DNA of 64,000 nucleotides from Rikenella microfusus (GCA_020722575.1 DYKN01000013.1:5649-69648); one strand, 5' to 3'. Shown: positions 44,231 to 54,275, numbered from the stretch's first letter. Notes: generated by a model not told the origin, from the letters alone. A program made the numbers and translations.

Positions 44231-45435
44231 TTTTTAATATTCTTGAGTATATCTTCGGCGTCTTTTACCTTTTTCTGAATAACCTTGTTTTCAGGATCAA
44301 TGGTCAAAGCTTTATTCCATTCCAGTATGGCCTTCTCAAATTCTTCCTGGACGAAATAGGACAATCCTTTATAATAATGAAGTTCTATCAACTTCTGTTG
44401 GTTTGGGTTTAATCCACTGATCGTCTCAAAGAGATCGAATTTAGTATTGACAGAGAAATTGTTTACAGAATTGAATACTGCATAAGGTGAATAGACATAA
44501 TCCACATGTGTATCAAAACCTTTAAACCGATAACGGATCCCTACTCCTGCAGTAAAAAAATTGAGATCATATCCAAGTTTAAACCCACATCGGACAAATA
44601 CAAGGTCTCTAAAAACATATTCTACTCCAGCGTTCAGCCTATAATCAAGGTCAATAACACTTCTGATATTATAGAGGTATTTGTTCAGATCCAGTGTCGC
44701 ATAAAGGCTATGATGTTGGTTTCCAGTGCCTTCCATTCCTATCAAAACAGGATAATAAAGACCTGCCTTTAATTTCAGAGGAACGATATCCGTATATGCT
44801 TTTGTTGATATGTTTTGCAGGGCTATCCCCACCTTGACATTGTTCAAAGATAACCATTTATTTGGGAAATATGGAATTTTGAGGTTCTTAACAAAAAACT
44901 GGGTTCCTAAATCAGCTGCAAAAGCATTGATCTTCAAATCATTGATTCCTAAGACACCCCATTTCAGCTGCATCCCTACTGAATACTGTTTCAACCGCAT
45001 AGCATAGGCAAGATTGATGACTGAACTTCCAAAATCCACAGTACCATCAGGGTAGCCATATTTGTCATAATTAATGAAAGGTGCTAAATGAAGGAATGTC
45101 CAACTACCTCCCATTGTACCTTTCACCCTACCAAATTTCACTGGCTGGGCATACGCCAGGTATTCTACTGAAGTATCATCAAACCAGTCGAGATGTACAA
45201 AGGCTGCCTGATTCCTGTTCAATGGAACAAGTCCTGCGGGATTGGAGGTCAGTCCCGTCACGTCTTCAGCAGCTGCACAATAAGCGCCTCCTAACCCATT
45301 CACCCTGCTATTCAATTCAAATTGGAATAGGTTCATACCGTCTGTACCGGCAAAATCCGTAAGACTGCCAGTCGCAAAAAGTTGTGGTAAACATGTTAGT
45401 AAAACGGTTATGTAGGCGAGCGTTAAAAGTCTCAT
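44227..45435 (-). CDS. PorV/PorQ-like (UPF0164/FadL-type) outer-membrane beta-barrel with C-terminal TPR
   Basis: Signal peptide; RVNGLGGAY.A.AED..L..NPAGL hatch motif; amphipathic strands (AGVEY, GVGIRY, VDYVY); terminal TPR. Confidence 0.85.
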   Translation of the reverse strand: MRLLTLAYITVLLTCLPQLFATGSLTDFAGTDGMNLFQFELNSRVNGLGGAYCAAAEDVTGLTSNPAGLVPLNRNQAAFVHLDWFDDTSVEYLAYAQPVKFGRVKGTMGGSWTFLHLAPFINYDKYGYPDGTVDFGSSVINLAYAMRLKQYSVGMQLKWGVLGINDLKINAFAADLGTQFFVKNLKIPYFPNKWLSLNNVKVGIALQNISTKAYTDIVPLKLKAGLYYPVLIGMEGTGNQHHSLYATLDLNKYLYNIRSVIDLDYRLNAGVEYVFRDLVFVRCGFKLGYDLNFFTAGVGIRYRFKGFDTHVDYVYSPYAVFNSVNNFSVNTKFDLFETISGLNPNQQKLIELHYYKGLSYFVQEEFEKAILEWNKALTIDPENKVIQKKVKDAEDILKNIKK

Positions 45436-46745
45436 TTGATGATAATCACCTTCCTAACTTGATTGACATCTTTAGCTCGAATTGTAACAAAATACATACC
45501 GACAGCAACAGTCATTCCAGCATGGTTTTTACCATCCCAAAGAATTGGTCCGTATTTACCTGGTTCTTTCACACCTTCATCATACCGTCTGACAAGATCA
45601 CCCTTGAGGTCATAGATATCAATTCGTACACGTCCTTTTTTCACAACCTCATAAAGAATATTTATGTTCTGATCAATACGCAAATCAAGAATAGTTGGGA
45701 ATACATTGAAATTTTGACCTTGGTCTGGCCGTTGTTTAATCTGGTACATGTAAGGTGTTCCAGCATTGTCATAAACAACATGATCTACTGAAACTATGAA
45801 TTTGACAGTTTCACCATCCTTGAATTCAGAATCATTGGCGGGTATCAGACCTTGCCAAGTCATACCGTTCCAAGACAGTTTAACAGCACGATCGTTCATA
45901 TTTGGTCCATAAGCACCATCTGGATTCTCTGAGACATCATAATATATCCAGACATTGTCTGCATCTTTCGGGTCTCTATCAAGTGTTACATTCACAAGAA
46001 TATCCGAAGCATTTAGGAACTGACTTCCTCCAAAATCCGTTATCAATTTCATTCCATCGTTCGCAGTTACAGCCTTCACAGCATTTGTAGGAGCATAAGT
46101 TATGATTGTGTTTGTAATCCATCGGACATAATTACTCATTACGTTCGAACGGACTGTCTTCACCTCGATAACAACCCTGTTGGTAATGCCGATGGGAGCA
46201 GAAGGCGGCACACTCACCTGGAGGAAACAGGTGAAGAGGTCGCCTTCGCCCAATGCCGGCGTATTGGTGATCCTGATATCACCAGCGTCAAAGGTTCCAT
46301 TGTCATTCGTATCACCATAGACAGCAGTCGTCATGTTCGTAACCATATTGGATACGACACGCACGCGGAATATGTCTGAATAATTGTTGGATGACTGGAT
46401 ATCAAAGGGAAGTGAAGAGACAGAACCTATGACAGCATAAGAGGTTGTCGAGGTTACGTTGAACTGAACGAAATCTGAAACGACATTGGTAGCATAGGCC
46501 GATGTCGAATACCCCGTACCAGCAAGGTTTGAATAAACCGCAGTTACGGTATTCGTCAGACCTGTTCCGGAAGGAGTCTTAGCCATTAGTGCGGAGTCCG
46601 CCATGAGTAATGCCAGAAGGAACATTACACCTGTCACACTCGGACGTAACCGTCCAAATATCCAGGACTTCACTGAGGAGCCAAGATTGAATAAACTGGT
46701 TGCAAGGGCTTCAGTGACTATGGGAATACGTTTAAGTATACCCAT
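45432..46745 (-). CDS. Secreted Ig-like protein with C-terminal FlgD-Ig/T9SS type-A-like sorting domain
   Basis: Extended signal peptide; TNTVTAVY N-terminal segment; DTNDNGTFDAGD Ca-binding-like loop; C-terminal IYDLKGDLVR..WDGKN..G.Y....KVIIIK. Confidence 0.82.
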   Translation of the reverse strand: MGILKRIPIVTEALATSLFNLGSSVKSWIFGRLRPSVTGVMFLLALLMADSALMAKTPSGTGLTNTVTAVYSNLAGTGYSTSAYATNVVSDFVQFNVTSTTSYAVIGSVSSLPFDIQSSNNYSDIFRVRVVSNMVTNMTTAVYGDTNDNGTFDAGDIRITNTPALGEGDLFTCFLQVSVPPSAPIGITNRVVIEVKTVRSNVMSNYVRWITNTIITYAPTNAVKAVTANDGMKLITDFGGSQFLNASDILVNVTLDRDPKDADNVWIYYDVSENPDGAYGPNMNDRAVKLSWNGMTWQGLIPANDSEFKDGETVKFIVSVDHVVYDNAGTPYMYQIKQRPDQGQNFNVFPTILDLRIDQNINILYEVVKKGRVRIDIYDLKGDLVRRYDEGVKEPGKYGPILWDGKNHAGMTVAVGMYFVTIRAKDVNQVRKVIIIK

Positions 46746-46942
46746 GAACTCTCACCTTTGGTTTTAGATTATGTCAGGAAAGTGCATTATCATGGGGAAA
46801 GGGAATAACACTGGTACTACTGTTATAGTAAGATTCATAAATAATAAATCTACTTATAGTCTTGGATAAAAATGCGAGTATCAAAAAATGTTATTGTGGC
46901 AGATACAAATGCAAGTAAAGTGTATGAACTCCCTTATGTTCC

Positions 46943-46962
46943 CCGGATAAACAACTATCCGG
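46943..46962 (-). terminator. Stem-loop in the 3' region of the DUF11 gene (partial terminator or stabiliser)
   Basis: CCGGATAG-TTGT-TTATCCGG hairpin without a strong U tract; small hairpins nearby. Confidence 0.45.
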
Positions 46963-46995
46963 ACAAAGTCATGAAATCTCCTAAGTTTTTAGGTA

Positions 46996-48057
46996 TTATT
47001 TCACTCGGACCTTGTACATAAGGGTGCCTTTTGCGCTTCCAGGGATATTGGAGCTATAACTGAAAACTACAGAGCCTGAATTTGCGGAACCAGTCAAACC
47101 ATAGTTTTTAGCTAAAGATTTAATTGGTGTTGAGCCATCATCAGCAAGGACTTTTCCAGCATCAAAAGCAGTCTTATATGATATGAAATAGTCAGATGTT
47201 ATCTTCACATCATTGGTATATGCGAGCGATCCGGAAACAAAGTCAAAGACTGTTGTATTGATGGGATCAGAGAAACTGAGATGCTTGACAAAACCAGATC
47301 CGGCATTGGTCCATGTGATTACATAGACAATTTCTGAACCTGGAACAACATCTTTCCAGTGGGCGCCTGCAGCCAGAGCCATGAAAGAGGCAGAGTTGGT
47401 AACTTCCGATCTCTTTGAAATCACTATGCTCGGTGCCTGAACTATAGCAATAGCAATTCCATTTGTGATGAAATCACGTCCACCAAAAATGGTTGTGCCG
47501 TTCATGCTGGTATAGGCTGTCAGACCGGAGAGAGCACCATAGACACTGTTATAGACACCTGCATTGCTGATCTGTGATCCCCAAATGTTGGTTGAAGATT
47601 CGCCATCAACTGCAGCAGCATCAGCTCTCATATAAAGATAAAAAGTCTGGAAATCATCTTCAGCAAGAGTGAAGGATTTGAAAGCTCCACCACTTGTACT
47701 GACATTTGTATAGAAATTGTAGTACCAAGAATGAGTACCAACAGTAGCAATCCTGTAGTTGGACAATGCAATGACCACAGAAGTGTTACCACGGTTGGTA
47801 ACAGACATCATAAATGTTGTTCCTGCACCAGGAGCAACATATTTTACGGCATAATTGCTATAATCTGACTTCAGACCATAGATGGCATTGACTGTATTTG
47901 TTTCATAGGCCTTATTTGAATAAGGTGTATTCCCCAAATTGGAATAAATGGCTGTTACAGTATTTGTAACACCAACTCCTGCAGCGGTTCCAGAGGCATG
48001 CAATGCCATCGGAATAAATAGAAAAAGCGCCATAAGCGCGGTAATGATTCTTTTCAT
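46996..48057 (-). CDS. Secreted DUF11-containing Ig-fold protein, candidate major fibre subunit
   Basis: AAGGAG SD before ATG 48057; Sec signal MKRIITALMALFLFIPMALHA; DUF11 signature IVISK...VVPGSEIVYVITWTNAG...FSDP; ends LMYKVRVK. Confidence 0.85.
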   Translation of the reverse strand: MKRIITALMALFLFIPMALHASGTAAGVGVTNTVTAIYSNLGNTPYSNKAYETNTVNAIYGLKSDYSNYAVKYVAPGAGTTFMMSVTNRGNTSVVIALSNYRIATVGTHSWYYNFYTNVSTSGGAFKSFTLAEDDFQTFYLYMRADAAAVDGESSTNIWGSQISNAGVYNSVYGALSGLTAYTSMNGTTIFGGRDFITNGIAIAIVQAPSIVISKRSEVTNSASFMALAAGAHWKDVVPGSEIVYVITWTNAGSGFVKHLSFSDPINTTVFDFVSGSLAYTNDVKITSDYFISYKTAFDAGKVLADDGSTPIKSLAKNYGLTGSANSGSVVFSYSSNIPGSAKGTLMYKVRVK

Positions 48058-48249
48058 GACTGACTCCTTGTTTTTATTTTTTTGTGAAATGTCGTAAATC
48101 TCGTTCCTCTTCAGATGTTTCTCTTTACTTTTCATTTTGATGTACCTCTTATTGATTTTTTTTCAGGTTCGGAATCGGTGGTCAACCTTTATGACCTTGC
48201 AACCTCCTTAGTTTCAGAATATGGCCAAGCAGAATCCTATCACCTCCTT

Positions 48250-49359
48250 TTATGGAAAAATCTTAATCTCATGTATTTGGATAAAATTCCATTTGCCGTG
48301 TTTTGAAAAATACTTGGACTTTATAGCTGTTAACCTCACATAACGGCCTTCTTTTGTTGGAAACTGGATCTCCTGCACTTTAACAGGTGTGCCGGACATG
48401 TAAGTCCGAGGGACCTTATCCGCATCAAGTTGGGAAGCAATAGTCTTCCATACCTTTAAATCCTCACTGATTTCAACATTATATTCGGTGCTATAAGCCA
48501 AAGCACGCCAGATAACAATGACTTTGGAGATCTTCGTCTTTTTACCAAGATCTATTATAATCTGTTGGTTGTTGGAACGAATATCGCCAGAAACGGACAT
48601 CCCTTTGAAATAGTCCACTCGACCATCAGTAATACGCTGAAGGGAATTCGGACTCATATCAAAAAGTCCATCTTCATAAACATAATTGGTAAAAGTCCCT
48701 GATACGGTTTTTCCCAAGGCAAGATTATCTTCCAATGTCGAAAAAGACTTGATTTCTGTATTGTTAGTAATATTGTCTTTGTTCACTATCTGGATGAAAT
48801 AGTAATATCTACTTGAAGGTTTTAATCCTGAAATAAGAAACTCACCAGAAGCCGTTTCTTCCATGGGTATCACATTACGATTAATCTCACCCTCTTTGAC
48901 ATAAATAAGTGATGATAGGACTGCTGCGTTCGCCTCCCACTTGATACGAACATATTCCTTACTTTGGCTTGATACTTCATTCTTTGTGATAACTGGAAGT
49001 GGATTCCCCGCTGTTAAAAAGGTCTTAATCCCTGATTTTACAACTACAGGCTTGTTTGCTTTATACTGGAAATTACAAGATATTTCGTAATAATAAACTG
49101 TCCCTTTTTGAAGATTATTGAGAAGAATCTGATGGTTGATTGCTTCACCAATACTAAATGCTTGGTTATGTAATCGAGCCGAATCTTCTCCATAGGCTAC
49201 ACTTCCAGTGGAAAGTTGGTCTGTTTTCCACTTGATAATAACATAATTTTCAGTGATATTGGTCACCACTGAATAAATCAACTTGTCCGCATTTAAATAT
49301 GATGCAAATACAAATGCCAGTATATATAGAATAAATGCGGTTCTTACGAGCTTGGCCAT
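48250..49359 (-). CDS. Secreted protein with two FN3-like domains and an F5/8 (discoidin) domain
   Basis: IKWKTD..STGSVAYG..H..LL.NL..GTVYYY (two copies), NLALGK, IIIDLG, GRYVRL, IHEIKIF. The GAGGTG SD favours ATG 49359. Confidence 0.85.
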   Translation of the reverse strand: MAKLVRTAFILYILAFVFASYLNADKLIYSVVTNITENYVIIKWKTDQLSTGSVAYGEDSARLHNQAFSIGEAINHQILLNNLQKGTVYYYEISCNFQYKANKPVVVKSGIKTFLTAGNPLPVITKNEVSSQSKEYVRIKWEANAAVLSSLIYVKEGEINRNVIPMEETASGEFLISGLKPSSRYYYFIQIVNKDNITNNTEIKSFSTLEDNLALGKTVSGTFTNYVYEDGLFDMSPNSLQRITDGRVDYFKGMSVSGDIRSNNQQIIIDLGKKTKISKVIVIWRALAYSTEYNVEISEDLKVWKTIASQLDADKVPRTYMSGTPVKVQEIQFPTKEGRYVRLTAIKSKYFSKHGKWNFIQIHEIKIFP

Positions 49360-49388
49360 ACTCATAATCACCTCACATAACTAAAACA

Positions 49389-49404
49389 TGCAATAATCGT
49401 TCCA
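49389..49404 (-). promoter_or_regulatory. Putative sigma54 (-24/-12) promoter
   Basis: TGGAACGATTATTGCA: exact GG-N10-GC spacing, one mismatch to TGGCACG-N4-TTGCW. Confidence 0.7.
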
Positions 49405-49528
49405 TTTTTAATAATCACTATATATATAAATATCTAATAAATAATATATTATTTAAAAAAAAAATAATTATATGTATAAAAATTACACAATCAATTTGAT
49501 CAGTTTAGCCGTTATTTAAACTGTTACG

Positions 49529-51415
49529 TTATTTGAACCAAATTGTAAGAGGGATCTTTCGGTCTACTTTCACACCAACATTTGGATACTGTTTAAAAGC
49601 GATTCCTGATCCTATAAAGTTTGGTGTCATACCCAAACGCTCTGCTAAAATGACACTCTGCTTGATATTCAATCCCGAAAAGTCAGGGATGATTTCATAA
49701 TTATCATAAATCTTTAAAGAAATTCCTTTATTTGGGAATTCAGCTTTGTTATTGACACTGACAAAATTTCCAACTGGAATGATGTTCAAATAACTGTTAA
49801 TTTTAATGGAAATTTCCCTGAAAATAGGAGCTGCAATAAGTCCACCTGTCGCATCAATCATGTTTTTAGGCATTCTGACAACAATCAGAATAATGATCTC
49901 TGGATTTTCCAAAGGATAAAAACCTAAAAAAGATAAAATGTGCTTATCAGTGTAATACCTTTTATTTTTCACATCATAAACCTGGGAAGTACCTGTCTTT
50001 CCTGCTATTTCATATTTAGGAATACTCGCTCTTTCTCCAGTTCCGCCTTTTGAGGTTACTTTAAGCATCATTGCCTTGATCTCCTTTGTAACCACAGAAG
50101 ACATCACATTTCTTATGGCAATAGGAGAATAAGATTTATAAGGGTGACCATTAGCATAAGTAATCTCTTTGACAATATGTGGATGATAGAGATTCCCGCC
50201 ATTAGCAAAAGCCGCGGCTGCCGTAATCATTTGTAGCGGTGTTACTCCAATTTCCTGTCCTATGGCTATACTTGCCCTTGAGAAGTACGTCCATTGACTT
50301 GAAGGCCTGAGAAGTCCTTTTGATTCTCCAGGCAATTCAATACCTGTCATGCTTCCAAAACCGAAATTTCTTATCACAGAAAAAAACGATCTGGGATCCA
50401 ATGAAAGGGTCCTGTCAATCAAAGCTGTATTACAGGAATACTTCAAAACATCAGAATAATTTATAACTCCATGTGTTTTCCAGCATTTTATCCGCTTGTT
50501 CCCTACTTTTATGCTGCCAGTACACTTATACACACCTTCCAATGGGAATTTTTTATCATGATATAACGCCGCTAAAGTTATCAGTTTGAATACGGATCCT
50601 GGTTCGTAATAGTCTGAAATCGCCCTGTTTTTTAACGAGCTCGCAGAAAAAAGTTTTATATTGTTCGGATCAAAATCAGGCAGGTTTGCCATTGCTAATA
50701 TTTCACCATTGCCAGGATTCATGACGATCGCTGTTATTGATTCAGGCTTGAATTCAATATAAGCTTTTCCTATCTCCTTCTCTACAATATGTTGGATATA
50801 TTTATCCAATGTCAGTATGACTCGCTTCCCTTCGGTAACCTTAAAAAAACTGTCTTTTGCAGCATCTTCCTTCTGAAAATCCTGGTCTGATACATCCCCT
50901 TTTAATTCATTATTGAAAAAAAGTTCTAGTCCTTCTAGTCCATAATTATCAACGCCAACACATCCCAAGACATGGGAAGCAAGATGTTGGTTAGGATAAT
51001 ATCTCTTATATTCAGGTATAAATTGAAGTCCAGGCAATTCCAGTTTTCTGATTTTTTCCAATGTTGAATTATCGACTTTTCTCTTAAGCCATACGAATTT
51101 GGAATCCCGTTTTGATAATTCCTTAAACTCGCCATAATCTATATTCAATAAATTACATAACGTGGAATATTCCTTCAAGCGGTCTATTTTTAACCTTTCT
51201 GGATTTATTGCGATAGATGTCTGTCGGATACTTAAAGCAAGAGCATTTCCATTCCTATCTTGAATGACGCCTCGCTCATACGACATCAAATCGGATTTTG
51301 CATAAGCCAATTTTTGGCTGTTTTTTGAGAAAAAATCAATATAAATGATACGTGTGAAAATCAATCCTAAACAAAGGACAAGGATAAGGACAAGAAGATT
51401 TAATCGGTCTTTCAT
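49529..51415 (-). CDS. ftsI: Class B penicillin-binding protein (FtsI-like) with C-terminal PASTA
   Basis: RG.IQDRNG, RYYP, GLEGLE, SVFK, SCN, KTG. Confidence 0.88.
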   Translation of the reverse strand: MKDRLNLLVLILVLCLGLIFTRIIYIDFFSKNSQKLAYAKSDLMSYERGVIQDRNGNALALSIRQTSIAINPERLKIDRLKEYSTLCNLLNIDYGEFKELSKRDSKFVWLKRKVDNSTLEKIRKLELPGLQFIPEYKRYYPNQHLASHVLGCVGVDNYGLEGLELFFNNELKGDVSDQDFQKEDAAKDSFFKVTEGKRVILTLDKYIQHIVEKEIGKAYIEFKPESITAIVMNPGNGEILAMANLPDFDPNNIKLFSASSLKNRAISDYYEPGSVFKLITLAALYHDKKFPLEGVYKCTGSIKVGNKRIKCWKTHGVINYSDVLKYSCNTALIDRTLSLDPRSFFSVIRNFGFGSMTGIELPGESKGLLRPSSQWTYFSRASIAIGQEIGVTPLQMITAAAAFANGGNLYHPHIVKEITYANGHPYKSYSPIAIRNVMSSVVTKEIKAMMLKVTSKGGTGERASIPKYEIAGKTGTSQVYDVKNKRYYTDKHILSFLGFYPLENPEIIILIVVRMPKNMIDATGGLIAAPIFREISIKINSYLNIIPVGNFVSVNNKAEFPNKGISLKIYDNYEIIPDFSGLNIKQSVILAERLGMTPNFIGSGIAFKQYPNVGVKVDRKIPLTIWFK

Positions 51416-54231
51416 CAGGTGCCCATAAGGTGTTTCTTTAAAAACACACCCGTTACAGAATTGATATTTGCAGATACCTCTTCAGGAGTTCCTTCAGCCA
51501 CCACCATTCCACCAGCATCACCACCCTCTGGACCCAAATCGATAATATGATCTGCCATTTTAATGATATCCATATTATGTTCTATGACAATCACGGTATT
51601 CCCACTGTCAACAAATCGATTTAATACGTCGATAAGCTGCATGACATCAGCAAAATGCAAACCTGTTGTAGGTTCATCTAGAAGATATAATGTTTTCCCG
51701 GTACTACGTTTCGCAAGTTCCGAAGCCAGCTTGATTCTTTGAGCTTCGCCACCAGAAAAAGTTGTTGCAGATTGACCAAGCCGTATATATCCTAATCCCA
51801 CATCATATAATGTCTGCAATTTGTTGCGTATCACTGGAATATTTGAAAAAAAAGAAAGTGATTCTTCAACAGTCATATCCAACACTTCAGAAATATCCTT
51901 CCCTTTATATTTTATCTCCAAAGTTTCCTGATTAAACCTGCGTCCTTTGCATTCTTCACATTGGACATATACATCGGGAAGAAAATGCATCTCAATTTTA
52001 ATGACTCCATCCCCTTCACATGTTTCACAACGCCCTCCGGCAACATTAAAACTGAAACGGCCTGGCTGATAACCTCTCATTTTTGAATCTGGCAGATTTG
52101 AAAAAAGGTCACGAATCGGCGTAAAAACGCCAGTATATGTTGCAGGATTTGAACGAGGTGTACGCCCTATTGGAGATTGATCAATACAGATGATTTTGTC
52201 AATATGCTCTGTCCCAGTAATACTCCTGTATTTCCCTCCATACATGATATCCCTATTGATTTTTCTTGACAACTCTGGAAATAATATATCATTTATCAAA
52301 GTACTCTTCCCAGAACCCGACACTCCTGTAATACAGATGAACTTTCCTAATGGAAAAACAACATCGATATTCTTAAGATTATGTTCAACCGCGCCTTTTA
52401 ACACAATCTCATGTCCATTACCAAGCCTTCGTTTTTTGGGAATTTGAATCCTAAGTTTTCCAGACAAATATTGTCCAGTCAATGAACTTTCACATTTTAA
52501 AATATCTTTCAAATCCCCTTGACAGACAATATGACCACCTTTTTCCCCTGCACCTGGTCCCATATCAACGATATAGTCTGCAGTTCTCATTGTTTCTTCA
52601 TCATGCTCAATGACGATCAAGGTGTTACCAAGATCCCTTAACATGACAAGACTATCAAGCAATTTCTTGTTATCTTTCTGGTGCAAACCGATACTTGGCT
52701 CGTCAAGGATATAGGTGACCCCGACAAGTCTTGACCCTATCTGTGTAGCAAGCCTGATTCTCTGGGCTTCTCCTCCAGATAACGTGCCGGCTTTACGATC
52801 CAAAGTCAGGTATGAAAGTCCGACATCATTAAGAAAGGTCAACCGTTCATTGATCTCTTTCAAAATAAGCTTTGCTATGTCCGCCTCTTTTTTCGTCAAT
52901 GTCAATGAACTAAAAAAATCAAGTGCTTTCCTCACTGACATCTGTGTAATCTGTATGATATTCAAACCTTCAATTTTTATTGCAAGAGACTCTTCCTTTA
53001 ACCTCATTCCTTTACATGCTGTACAAGGAATTTCTGACATGTATTTTTCTATTTCTTCGCGCATCATCTGGGAAGTTGTCTGCTTATATCGCCTCTCCAG
53101 GTTATGAACCAATCCCTCAAATCCTGACGAATATTCTCCTTGAAACTTGTCAGATTTATAGACAAATTTTATTTTCTCATCTGTACCAAACAAAACCATC
53201 TTTTTAAATTTATCAGGCAACTGTTTCCATGGAGTTGAAAGGCTAATCTTGAATTTTTTTGCTAATTGAGAAATAAATGAAGAATAAAATCCCCTTTCGT
53301 TGAACCCAAAAAACCTGATTGCGCCCTCATCTATTGACTTGTCAATATCTGGTACGAGAAGCTTAGGATCTATTTGCAGCTTGACTCCCAAGCCAGTGCA
53401 TTCAGGACATGCGCCATATGGATTATTAAAGGAAAACAATCGCGGAGACAGTTCTCCATAACTGATATTACATGTTGGACATGTCAAATATTGGGAAAAA
53501 AGATGGTCATGCTCATTATGATTGACGATGACCTGCCCTTCTCCAATTTTCAATGCTGTCTCAACAGAATCAGACAACCTTTTTTTAATATCCTCTCTTA
53601 CGACAAGCCTGTCAATAATAACCTCTAAAGTATGTTTCCTGTTTTTTTCAATTTTAATATCGTCCTCTTCTGAAAGATTTATCAGTTTCCCATCCAGCCG
53701 GATTCTCTGAAATCCTTCTTTACGGACTTCATCAATAATCTTCTTATATTCACCTTTACGTCCTTTTACAACAGGTGCAATCAGAATGACCTTACTGCCT
53801 TCAGGAAAAGCCATAATCTGATTAATAATCGATGAGGAACTCTGTTTTGTAATGGGCTTCCCACACTGATAACAAAAAGGTCTCCCCACTCTCGCAAAAA
53901 GAAGTCTTAAATAGTCATAGATTTCCGTTATCGTGCCGACTGTAGAACGTGGATTATTTGAGATTGTTTTCTGCTCGATTGAAATGGCAGGAGACAGACC
54001 TTCGATCGAATCAACATCTGGCTTTTGCATCTGACCGAGAAACTGACGGGCATATGCGGAAAGTGACTCTACATATCTTCTTTGTCCCTCTGCATAAACC
54101 GTATCGAAAGCTAAAGAAGATTTTCCGGAACCAGATAAACCGGTTATAACATTAAATTTATTACGTGGAAGCGCTATATTTACATTTTTTAGATTATGCT
54201 CTCTTGCACCTTTGATAGTAATAAATTCCAT
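51415..54231 (-). CDS. uvrA: Excinuclease ABC subunit A
   Basis: [18 protein letters not shown], Zn fingers, two ABC domains. Confidence 0.99.
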   Translation of the reverse strand: MEFITIKGAREHNLKNVNIALPRNKFNVITGLSGSGKSSLAFDTVYAEGQRRYVESLSAYARQFLGQMQKPDVDSIEGLSPAISIEQKTISNNPRSTVGTITEIYDYLRLLFARVGRPFCYQCGKPITKQSSSSIINQIMAFPEGSKVILIAPVVKGRKGEYKKIIDEVRKEGFQRIRLDGKLINLSEEDDIKIEKNRKHTLEVIIDRLVVREDIKKRLSDSVETALKIGEGQVIVNHNEHDHLFSQYLTCPTCNISYGELSPRLFSFNNPYGACPECTGLGVKLQIDPKLLVPDIDKSIDEGAIRFFGFNERGFYSSFISQLAKKFKISLSTPWKQLPDKFKKMVLFGTDEKIKFVYKSDKFQGEYSSGFEGLVHNLERRYKQTTSQMMREEIEKYMSEIPCTACKGMRLKEESLAIKIEGLNIIQITQMSVRKALDFFSSLTLTKKEADIAKLILKEINERLTFLNDVGLSYLTLDRKAGTLSGGEAQRIRLATQIGSRLVGVTYILDEPSIGLHQKDNKKLLDSLVMLRDLGNTLIVIEHDEETMRTADYIVDMGPGAGEKGGHIVCQGDLKDILKCESSLTGQYLSGKLRIQIPKKRRLGNGHEIVLKGAVEHNLKNIDVVFPLGKFICITGVSGSGKSTLINDILFPELSRKINRDIMYGGKYRSITGTEHIDKIICIDQSPIGRTPRSNPATYTGVFTPIRDLFSNLPDSKMRGYQPGRFSFNVAGGRCETCEGDGVIKIEMHFLPDVYVQCEECKGRRFNQETLEIKYKGKDISEVLDMTVEESLSFFSNIPVIRNKLQTLYDVGLGYIRLGQSATTFSGGEAQRIKLASELAKRSTGKTLYLLDEPTTGLHFADVMQLIDVLNRFVDSGNTVIVIEHNMDIIKMADHIIDLGPEGGDAGGMVVAEGTPEEVSANINSVTGVFLKKHLMGT

Positions 54232-54275
54232 AACTTAAGATATTCATAATCATGGAATTTGTCAAATTACACCTA

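Noticed and set aside
46746-46995. Riboswitch (for example c-di-GMP) in the operon's internal spacer
   Set aside because: Only simple hairpins are visible; I recognised no aptamer consensus by eye. An Rfam scan would be decisive.
48058-48135. 26-aa N-terminal extension of the DUF11 ORF given by the track
   Set aside because: ATG 48057 has a strong SD and directly begins a canonical signal peptide.
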